Assembly: GCA_014905635.1 (NCBI GenBank)
Contig: JABVCE010000021.1
Location: forward strand, 310,001 to 374,000
Origin: Scenedesmus sp. PABB004
Taxonomy: Eukaryota
Length of the DNA stretch: 64,000 nucleotides
Direction of reading: 5' to 3'
Positions within the stretch are counted from its first letter, which is position 1, and every line of letters starts with the position of its first letter. This document shows positions 35,723 through 45,500 of this stretch, in pieces. The notes beneath the pieces are model-generated. The model made no database searches, was not told the origin of the DNA, and saw only the letters and a program-made list of their open reading frames with translations. The translations under genes were made by a program, and so were the position numbers.

Positions 35723-37032
35723 ATGAGCGCGGCCGGCCGCAGCGGCAGCGCGGCCTCCCTGAGCGACGCGGTGGGCACGCTGACCGATGTCGCGACCGTG
35801 CTGACGGAGGAGCTGCTCGCGGCCGCGACGGCGGGCACGTCTCCTCCCGCGGCGCACAAGCGCCGCACCCACCCCGCCGACTCGGGCGAGCCCACGGCCT
35901 CCTGGTGAGGGCACCGGCCGGCGCGGCGCTGATGGGCAGTGCGTCGGGGACAGCGCGCGACCCGCGGCGCGCGCCAGGCGGGGACAGGGCGGCCTCCAGC
36001 GCGCGCGCGAATGGCCGGCGCCCGGCGGGGGGCCTCGCGCCGCGCGGGCCAACCTCGGAACGTGTCGGCGTGCAGCCGGCGCCTCGCGGGGCCCCGCGCG
36101 CGGCCCGGCAGCCGTGTGTCACCGGCGCCCGCGCGCGCTGACGCTGCCCCCGCGCGCCGCCCCGCCGCCGCCGCCCCCGCCGCCGCCGCGGTCGCCGCCG
36201 CGCCGCACACAGGCTGGCCCCCTGCCCCGCGCCCTCCTGCGCCTGCGGCGAGGCGCTGCGGCAGCTGCGCGCGGCGCTGGCCTCGCAGGGCGCCGCGCTG
36301 CGCGACGCGCACGCGCGCAACCGGCGGCTGCTGCTGCTCATCCGGGCCCTCGGCGCCGGCCTTGGCCACGCGCGCGCGGCGACGCTGCAGCGCAGCGGCA
36401 GCGCCGCGAGCGCGGCGTGCGGCGGCGGCGCCGCGCCCGCGCACGCCGAGCCGGCGGCGGCCGTGGGCCGCGCGCCCGGCGCCGTCCAGCAGGCGCCGCT
36501 GCTCGAGGCGACGCTCGAGGCGGCCAGCAACGAGGACCTGTGCCTTGCGATCGACCTGGCAATGCAGCAGGCCCGGAGGAGCGCGCCGGCCGGCGCGCCC
36601 CCGCCCGCGCCCGCGCCGCGCACCTGCGCGGCGCCGGCGCCGGCGGCGCCGCCGCCGGCGGCCGCGGCGAGCGCGCCCGCGCCCGCGCCGCGCCCGCACC
36701 GCGCCGGGCACCGCAAGAAGCCCCGCCACGTGCCCATCAGCGCCTGCATGGCGCCGCCCGCGACGCCCGCGAGCAGCTCCGGCTGCGCCGCGAGCGCCGG
36801 CGCGCCCGCCGCCCCGCCGCGGGCGAGCGCGAGCGCGCCGCTGCCGGGCGCGGGCGGGACGCCGCCCGCGCAGGCGGGCTCGCCCGACAGCACGCTCGAC
36901 TGGAGCAGCACCTTCAACCCGCTGTCGGCGGCGGGGGCGGCGGCGGACCTGTGGAGCCCCATGGAGCTCTCACACATGTCCAGCTGCGACGAGCTGCTCG
37001 CGCTACTGGATCAGATGGACGAGGCAGCGTGA
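35723..37032 (+). CDS. Hypothetical protein (short coiled coil, basic patch HRKKPR, acidic-hydrophobic C-terminus)
   Basis: Exons 35723-35904 and 36213-37032 join in frame through a GT-AG intron. Codon pattern is gene-like. No family recognised. Confidence 0.55.
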
Positions 37033-39021
37033 TGATGAGATGCAGGAGGAGGCGTGATGAGCCGGACGCGGGCGCGCGACCGCCGCGGGGCCGCCCGCGC
37101 AGAGCCGCCCCCGTGCGGCCGCGGCGCCGCCCGCTGGCGCGCCGCGAGCGAGGCCGCCGCGCGCGGCCGTTGCACCGAACGCCGGGCCGCCGCGCCGCAA
37201 CCGGCGCGCGCGGCGGCGCGCGTGTGCTTTCTTGTCTGGGGAGAGGGGCGTCCTCGTTTACGTCCTTGCTTTGAGATGCTAGGGATCACCCATCGACCAT
37301 GCTTATTTGCATACCCTGGATGCGCTGTCGACCTCAAAAGAGGGGCCCGCCAGGCCCCGGCCTTGGACCTGCTCGGCCGCTGCGCGCGCAGCGCGGCGCG
37401 GCGTCCCTCCCTTTCTCTCCCCCCTCTGCTTTGCAGCTTTGTGCGGGGCTCAGGCAGACCCTCCCTAGGCACGAATGCTCGTACGAGTGGTGTGATGGCT
37501 CGTACGAGCCGCGCCGGCGGGCCATGGCACGCGCCCCGCAGCACTGATCGGTCGTTGGTACTGCCTGTCACGGGCGCTCTGTCGACCGTGCGCACCCTTG
37601 CCTGCTCAACCGCGCGCGCCGGCGCGCTGCGGCCTGACGCAGCGGCCGGCGCGCGCGCCTGCCTGCTGGGCCTTGCCCGCAAACGCATGCTTTCTGATCG
37701 ATGGGCGTGCCGCGCGCGCCGCCTGCTGGCTGCGCCTGCACCGCCGCCCACATCGCACCCAGCCCGCGGGGCCATGCATTCTAACGGCTGCGTGCTCTGA
37801 TCTGTGTGTGCTCTGGTCTGGTCCGTCCGTGCAAGCTGGGCGTGGGATGGTGAGGACGGGGGCATGCGGCACTGCACTGCGGCTTGCGAGCCGTGCGGCC
37901 GGCTGGGACGTCGATCTCAGAGTCCCTAGGTCGCTCGTCTGCTCTTCGCATTCAGCTCTCTGCTCTCTGCTTCCATCGTGCATCCACGCACGCACACAAC
38001 CACAGCAAATTCAACCCGGGGGCGCGTCAGCGCTCGGAAAGCTCTGCGCGTGTCTCGTCGGCGTGCGGGGTCGGGCGTGTTTCACGATTTGGGGTACACA
38101 ATGCGTCTCGGGAGCTCCCGCCAGTGATTTGTGATATGAGAGAGGCTCAGGGGGGTCGACCGGTGTCGGCATGCACACGCTCGCTCGTTCACCCACCCAC
38201 CCAAAAGCATGCTCTGCCAGCGGCGCTGGCCCATCCTGGGCTGCTGCGGCGGCGGGCGGCGGCGCCACTGAACGCGCCGCTGCGCCCAACGCACCACTGT
38301 TGGCTAGCCGTGGCTGGCTGCCTGCCCTGCGGCTTGTGCCTTACTGTGCCTTACTCCGAGCTGCCGGCGCGAATCAGCGCGCAGGTCACTGCATGCCATG
38401 CGCGCGGCGCGCCGCCTGCTTTGTGCCCCCTCGCGCGCCCGCCTGGCACCTCCGCCCACTCACTCATGATCACCACCACCCTGCCATCTTGCCGGCCCTC
38501 GGGCCTGGCTGCCGCTCGTCGCCTGCTGGCGGCCCCGCCGTTCCTGCCTGGGCACCGTGTGTGGGAGCAACCGCAGAGGGGTCAAGATTCGAACTTGCTT
38601 TGCTGCTTGCGAGCCCTCGCGAGGGTTGTGGTGTTGGTGGGCGGCTGGCCGGTGTGCACCAGGCTGGCTGCTGGCGGCTGCTGGCGAGCTGGCAGTCCGG
38701 TTCGAGGCGCATTGCACTTTCACTTGGCGGGACTCGCGCGCGGAGTCCCGCATGCTTTGCTTTTTTTACTTGCACAGCAGCAGCAGCTGTGCCGAACACT
38801 GTGCTAATACCGTGCAGCAGGCGATCCTGAGCCCGCGCAGCACGCCCACACGCCCGTGCGGTGCGGCTGCGTCGTGCCGCTCGGAGCCGCTGCCACCACA
38901 CCACACCACACTGCGAGGACGAATTCACAACTACAGCAGCAGCAGCGGACGGCGCTGATTGATAGACGAGTTTGGAGGGGGGCTGAGCAGTTAACCTCAG
39001 CCGCGCCTGCCCGCCCGCCGC

Positions 39022-42000
39022 TCAGCTCCGCGCGCTCTTCCCCGGCTCCAGCGCCAGCCGCGCTGCGACCTCGCCCTTGGCGTCGTACTGGCGCACGATC
39101 TCGCGCGCAAAGCCCGGCGTGTGCGCCGCCGCGCGCGCGGCGCCCATGTGCCTGCGCGGCAGCGGCGGCGGCGGCGGCGCGGGGTCGCGGGGTCGGCGGC
39201 GGCGGCGCGGGGTCGCGGCCGCGGCCGCGGCCGCCGCGCCGCGGCCGGCGCCAGTGCAGGGCGGGCCGGACGGGGCGTCACCGGTTGACGTAGAGCCAGT
39301 TCCGGATGTAGTGGTAGTCTATGGAGTACTTGGCAAACTCGAGGCCCTTGGGGCCGATCAGGTTGAGCAGCCAGGCGAGAACGTTGCCGAGCCAGCGCGG
39401 CGCAGGGTCCTGGAACGTCCCGAGCTTGGCCTGGTCGTCCGACACGACCGTCTGCGAGCAAGCGGGGCCCAGGGTTTGAGGGGGTGAGGGCGTATAAACC
39501 CTAAGGTTGAGGGTTTCCGCGCTAGTGTCGCGTGCGGCGCGGTCATGCAGGCGCGGCGCCGCACGCGCCTGCATGACGAGCGGCCGCCGGTCGCCCGTGG
39601 ACACCGCCGGCGTGCGCTGCAGCTCCGGGCCGAGCGCGTCCAGCAGCTCCCGCCCCCTGCGGCGCGGCGCGGCGCGGCGCGGCGCTCGACGCCGCCCTGC
39701 CGCCGCGTCGCGGCGCGGCCGCGGCGCGGCCCCGGCGCGGCCCCCGGCGCTGCCGCGGCGCGGCACCGGCTCACCGCGCGTTGCGCACGGTGATGTACTG
39801 CGGGTGCTGCGCCATGTCGCTGCCGTTGAAGGGGACGCCCATGTAGCCCACCTGCCGCGCGCCGGCGCGTCGGCCCCCGCCGCGCGGGCGCCCCGCCGCG
39901 CGCCGCCGCGCCGCGCGCCCAAGCCCCGCACCACGAGGTCTGCGAGCGCGTTGGGGTAGTCGAAGCAGGAGTAGCAGGAGGGCGCGATGACGTCGTTCAG
40001 CTCCTTGGCCGGCAGGCAGAAGTAGGGCACATACTCGTAGTGACCGTCTGCGGGCAGCAGCACGGCGCGCGGCGGCGGCGGGCGGCGGCGCGCGGCGGCG
40101 GCGGCGGGCGGTGGCGGGCGGCGGGCGGCGGGGCGTGCTCGTCGCAGATGCGCTCGTGCTGCGCTCGTGCTGCGCTCGAGCGCAGTCAAAACGCAGTCAA
40201 AACGCAGTCAAAACGCAGTCAAAACGCAGTCAAAACGCAGTCAAAACGCAGTCAGACACAGTCACAAGCACTGGCGCACCCGTGTGCTTGAGGTGCACGC
40301 GGTAGTCCTGCATGAACTCATAGTGCAGCACGGTGTCTTGAGCGAGGGACGGAAAGGCGTTGGTGTTGGCGGCGGCCGGGGCGGGGCCGGGCGGCGCACG
40401 GCCGGCGGTGGACGCGTGGGCGGGCGGGCGGCGAGCGGGCGGCCAGCGCGCGCGCGCGCGCGCGCTGCGTGAGCCGGCGCGGGCGCGCGAGAGTTCCCCG
40501 CACCCGGCGTGGCGGACGCGGCGTTGAGGAACTTTTCGAGCCCCGCGCGCGGGCCGTTGTCGACGCAGTTGGTGCCGAGCACGTAGAGCGCGTCCAGCCC
40601 CAGGTGCGCCTCCACCGCGCGCAGCGCCTGCACCTGCGGCGCCCGGCGGCGCCCGGCGGCGAGTTGGCGACGGCGGCGGCGGGTCGGCCAGCAGCGCGCG
40701 CCGCGCGGGCGGGCGGGCCCAGGGCGTGCGCGCGGGCGGGCGGGCGGGCGGGCCCAGGGGGTGCGCGGCCGCAGCGCGGGCGCGCCGTGCCTGGCAGCCG
40801 ACGCCGATGAAGAGCAGCCGCCGCACGCCGCCGCTGCCGGCGAGCGCCTCGATCGTGGCCAGCAGCTCGAGGTTGGGGCTCAGCGTCGGCTTGACGCCGC
40901 GGGCCGCGAGGATGTCGGCCGGCGTGCGCGCGACGACCGGCCGCGGCGTGAAGCTGCGGTGCGCGGCGCGCGGCGCGCGTGACCGCCGCCGCGGCGGGGG
41001 CGGCGGCCCCGCGCCGCCGCGGCCTGGCCGCGCGCGCGCGCTGCCTGCCGCGCGCGCGCGCTGCCTGCCGCACGTGCGCGCTGCCTGCCGCGTGCCGCGT
41101 GCCGCGTGCCGCGTGCCGCGCGCCGCGTGCCGCGGCGGGGCGCGCACCGGTCGTCGGGGTCGCTCTGCACGCAGACCACGGCGTCCACCGCGCCGCGCTC
41201 GAGCATCTTCAGGGCGATGCTCGTCACCACGCCCGTCCACTGCGCGCCGGGCACGGGCGGCGCCTTGGCGCCGTACAGCACCTGGCGACGCGACGCGGCG
41301 GGCGACACGCGGCGCCGGCGGCGGCGTGGCTGAGCGGCGGCCGCGGCTCAGTGGCGGCCGCGGCGCGCGCGGGCGCGGCGCCGGGCAGCCCCCTCGCCGC
41401 ACCTCGTCGCACACGCCGAAGCGCAGCTCGTCCTCGTCGCCCGCGCGGCTGCGGCGGCGCGGCCGGCACTGAGCTCTGGCTCGGAGCGGCTGCCGCCGCG
41501 GGGCGCCCGCGCCCGCCGCCGCCCCCCGCTCTCCCTCGCTCCGCCACCCGCCCCGGGCGGCCGCGCGCCAGCAGCCCCCCTGCGCGCACCGCGTGCGGCC
41601 GTGCACCGCCGCCTCCATGCGTTCGATTTTGGACATGCCTGGCGGCCGGGCGGGCGGGCGGCGCGTGTGTGGCGGGCGGCGCGTGCGTGACGGGCTGCGC
41701 CGCCGCTGCCGCGCTGCCGCCACGGCCGCGCTGCTGCCGCGGGGGCGCCGCACCGTCGCCGAGGAAGGCGCAGGCCTCCTTGACGTGGGCCACGTAGTAG
41801 GTGTCGCCTGGCGGCGGCGCGGCGGCGCGGCGATCGGCGCGTGGCGCTCGGGGGCCGCGCACGCCGCTGCTGCCGCGGCGCGCGGCCGCCGGCGCGGTGC
41901 GGCGCGGTGCGTGCGCCGGCGCACGCACAGAGGCCGCAGTGAGAGCAGAACTCCTTGGCCGGGTAGCTGCTGCCGGGCTGGATCGGCCGCGCCTTGCGCC

Positions 42001-42144
42001 AGTCGGCGCCCGCCGGTACGCGGCCGGCGCGCGGCCCCCGGGCGGGGGCTGGGCGGGCCCCGCTCGCCCGCGCTGCCGCGAGCGCGGGCGCCCGCCGCCG
42101 GCGGGGGCGCCCGGCGCCCGCGCTGCTGCGCCCGGCAGCTGCAT
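39022..42144 (-). CDS. HCAR: 7-hydroxymethyl chlorophyll a reductase (FrhB family)
   Basis: [116 protein letters not shown]. About 12 introns. Apparent frameshift in the transit-peptide region. Confidence 0.93.
40181..40257. repeat. 11-bp tandem minisatellite (CGCAGTCAAAA)x6 plus a degenerate copy, in an HCAR intron
   Basis: Perfect units start at 40181, 40192, 40203, 40214, 40225 and 40236; a degenerate unit starts at 40247. Confidence 0.95.
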
Positions 42145-42524
42145 CTGTGGTGCGGCGGCGCCGCGGCAGGGAGGGCGCGCGTCGCCGGCGCGCACGCGCG
42201 GCGGAGCAGCGGGGCGGCGGGCGGCGGGCGGCGGCGGCGGCGGGCGTCGCTGAGCAGCTGGCGCTCTGGACGCGGCCGTTCTGAGAGTTTATCGCCCGCA
42301 ACAAACGCGCGCGGCGCTCCGACGATTCGGGTGCCTGCTGCTGCCAGTTTTGCCGATCCGCTTGCCTGCGCCGTCGCACGCGCCGCCCCACTCCGCTGCG
42401 CGCTCTCCCGGAGCGCGATCAGCCTCCCCCGCGCGGCCCCGCGCCAGCCCGAGCTCGCGCCGCGTCGCTCTCCTGGGCGGCCTGACCACGCTCATTGGCT
42501 AGGACGTCGCGCATCTGACGTCCC

Positions 42525-45500
42525 ATGGCCGCGCTGGGCGCCCCCGGGCTGGGGCAGCGCGCGGTGCTGCGTGATGGTGCCCGGTCGCGCCAGGCCGCTC
42601 CCGCCTCCGCGCTCGCCGCTGGCCGTCGCGGCCGGGTGGCCGTTGCGACCGCCCGCGCGAGCCGCGCGGCCGGCCGGCCCGCCCTGGCGCGGCGGGGGCT
42701 GGTGACCCGGGCTGCTGCTGCCCAGAGCCTCAGCAAGGTGCTGGGGACGGTCACGGCGGCCGCCGCCAAGGCCGCCAAGGCGCCCCTGTTCGTCGCGGGT
42801 GCGCACGGGCGCGAGCGCGCGGGGCGCGGGCGCCGCGGCGGGCCGCGGCGGCGCGGGGCGCGGCGGTCGCGGCGCGCCGCGCGCGCGCGCGCCCCGCCCG
42901 GCGATCTGCCCCGCCGCCCGCGGCGGCGCGCCGGGCGGCGCGCCGGGCGGCCAGGCCAGGCGCCCGCGCGGCCGGCGGGGCGCGGCGCGCCGCGCCGCGG
43001 CCGGGATCTGGGGTGCAACTCGCCGCCCGGCCGCCGCCCGGCCGCGCAGGCGCGGAGGGCACCGCGGCGCTCCGCCTCATCAAGGACCTGGCGCTGGCGG
43101 GCGAGAAGGTGGTCGCGGGTGAGCCGCGGCCGCGCGGGGCGGGGGCGGGCCCCGCCGGCCCCGGGCGCGCGGTGGCGACGGCGGCGGCGCGGCGGCCGCC
43201 GCGGCCGCGCCGCGCCACCGCCGGCGCTGGCGCTGCCGACACCGCTGCGCAGGCGTGGCCGACCTGGAGGCTGGCAGCGCGGCGCTCGCGTTTGCCAAAA
43301 AGTATGAGCTGCTGGGCCCCGAGGCGCTGTCCAACATCCGGCTCGTGGAGCTGGACTACTCTGGTGGGCCGACCCGCTGCCCGCCTCGCTCGCCCGCGCT
43401 GGCAGGGGCCCGGGGGCTGGCTGCGCCGGCGGCCGGCACGGCAGCGAGGGCGCGCGCCGGGCCAGGCCCCTGCTGCACGCAGGCGTGCGCGCGCCCCGCC
43501 CGCCGACCCGGCCAACCCCGCCGCCGTCGCCGCCGCCGCAGACCCGGAGGCGCTCGCGGGCGCGCTGCCGCGCCGGGGCCGCGTGGTGGTGGTGGAGGGC
43601 GACCTGGTGGCGGGCGAGCCCGCCGACGCCAGGGTGAGGCGCGCGCGGCCTCACGGCGGCGCCGCGCCGTGCGCGCCCCGCCGCCGCCGCCCACGCCGCC
43701 GCCCGCGCCGCGCCGCCGCCGCAGCTGCTGCCCGCAGTGCTCGCCGCCGCGGCCGCGGCGGGCGCGGCGCCGATCATCATCTCCCCCGCCGCCGCGGCGA
43801 GCGGCGCGGCGAAGCCCTCGGGCGGCCTGTTTGCCTTTGGTGGCGGCGCCAAGGGCGGCGGCCGCGGCGGCGGCGCCGCCGCGGCCGCGGAGCGCGCTGG
43901 CTGCGAGGACTATGTGGTCATCTCCGCGGCGGGCTTTGACCCCGCGGGCGCCGCCCCGCCGAGCCGCGCGCTGGTGCTGGCCGAGGCGGGCACGGTCGAC
44001 CCGGCGACCGCCGGCGCGGTCGGCGGCGCCGACGTGTTTGCCGCGCTCGCCGCGCTTCTCGCCGCGCCCGTGCTGCCGGGCGGGCCCGTCGCGCTCGCGC
44101 TCGCGGGCACGAGCGTCGACGCGGGCGAGCTCTCCGGGCAGCTCGCGGTCGCGCTGGCCAGCATCGGCGACAAGAACGCCGCGGCGGAGCAGGAGCGCGC
44201 CGCGCGCCGCGCCGCCGCCGCGCCCGCGGCGCCGTCCCCCGTGGCGAGCCTCTTTGGCACCCTCAGCGGCAAGAAGGTGCGGCGGCGCCGCCAGCAGCAG
44301 CAGCAGCAGCACCACCACCACCAGCAGCAGCAGGCCCCGCTGGCGGGCGCCGGCCGGCGCCCGCCGCAGCGCCTCACCTGCCCTCCGTCTGCGCTGCGCG
44401 CCGCGCCGCGCCGCGTGCCGCGCGCCGCGCAGTCGGCCGAGCCCGAGGAGGAGGAGGAGGAGGAGGCGCCCGCCAAGCCCGCGCTCTTTGGCAGCTTCGG
44501 CACGCAGCGCCTCTTCGCCAAGCGCGCCGCCGCCGAGGAGGAGGAGGAGGAGGAAGCGCCGGCGCCGGCCAAGCCGGCCGGCCTTTTCGGGTTCGGCACC
44601 CAGAAGGTGCGTGGGCAGCAGCAGCAGGCAGCGCGCAGCGGCGGCAGCGGCGGCGCTGCAGGCCCGGGCCGCGCCTGGCTGCGTGGCGGCGCGCCGCACG
44701 CACACGTGCTGCCTCCTGACTGCGCCGCGCACCGCCGCAGGCCCGGGTCGCGCCGCCGGAGCCCGAGGAGGAGGAGGAGGAGCCCCCCCGCGCCGCCTCG
44801 CCCCTCGCGCTGTTTGGCTTTGGCGCCAAGCCGGTGCGCGCGCACGCGTGCAGGGCGCCCCGCGCGGCCCGCGGCGCTGCGCGGCGCTGGCCCGCGTGTC
44901 GCTGAGCGCCCGCGTGCCTCCCTGCAGGTCCAGGCCGCCGAGGAGGAGGACGAGGAGGAGGAGGAGGCCCCGCGCGCCAAGTCGCCGCTCTCGCTGTTTG
45001 GCTTTGGCGCCAAGCCGGTGCGCGCGCCCCGTCTGCGCTGCGACCAGCCAGCAGCGCGGGCGCCCGCGCCCAGCCGCCCTCACCTGGCGGCTGCTGCTCG
45101 CAGGTGCAGGCTGACGAGGAGGAGGACGAGGAGGAGGAGGAGGAGGAGCAGGGCCCTGGCGGCCTGTTTGCCTTTGGAACGCGCCGCATCAAGGCGCGGG
45201 CCATCGAGTCGGGCAAGGCCCAGGAGGTCACGGCCGCGCAGGTGCGCCGGCGAGGCGGCGCCGCGAGCGCCCTGGCGCGCGCGGCGGCCCCGGCTGCGCT
45301 CTCTGACGCCGCCCGCCCGCCCGCCGAGCAGAAGGCCGCCGAGGCGCGCCGCGCCGCGGCCGAGGCGCAGCGCCAGAAGCAGGAGGAGGCGCGCGCCGCG
45401 CAGGCGGAGCTGCAGCGCCGCCGCCAGCAGGAGGCGGCCGAGGCGCGCGCCGCCGCGCTGGAGGCTCAGCGCCGCAAGCAGGAGGAGGCGCGCGCGGCGG

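Noticed and set aside
38705..38725. ATTGCACT as a U1/U2 snRNA loop
   Set aside because: No U1 5' end (ATACTTACCTG), no U2 branch-pairing sequence (GTAGTA) and no correctly placed Sm site nearby.
39495..39504. Telomerase RNA template
   Set aside because: It lies in a 117-nt intron closely flanked by conserved HCAR exons, with no evident type-3 Pol III promoter or terminator. Kept only as a telomere-like motif.
40181..40257. Possible CRISPR array
   Set aside because: Contiguous 11-bp tandem units with no spacers, in a eukaryotic intron, with no cas genes.
10161..42144. Chlorophyll-catabolism or plastid-nucleoid gene cluster (PAO-like + HCAR; TopA, SpoVS-like, mTERF-like, pTAC16-like)
   Set aside because: The genes are separated by unrelated housekeeping genes, and plastid-targeted proteins are common in algal genomes, so co-occurrence is expected by chance.
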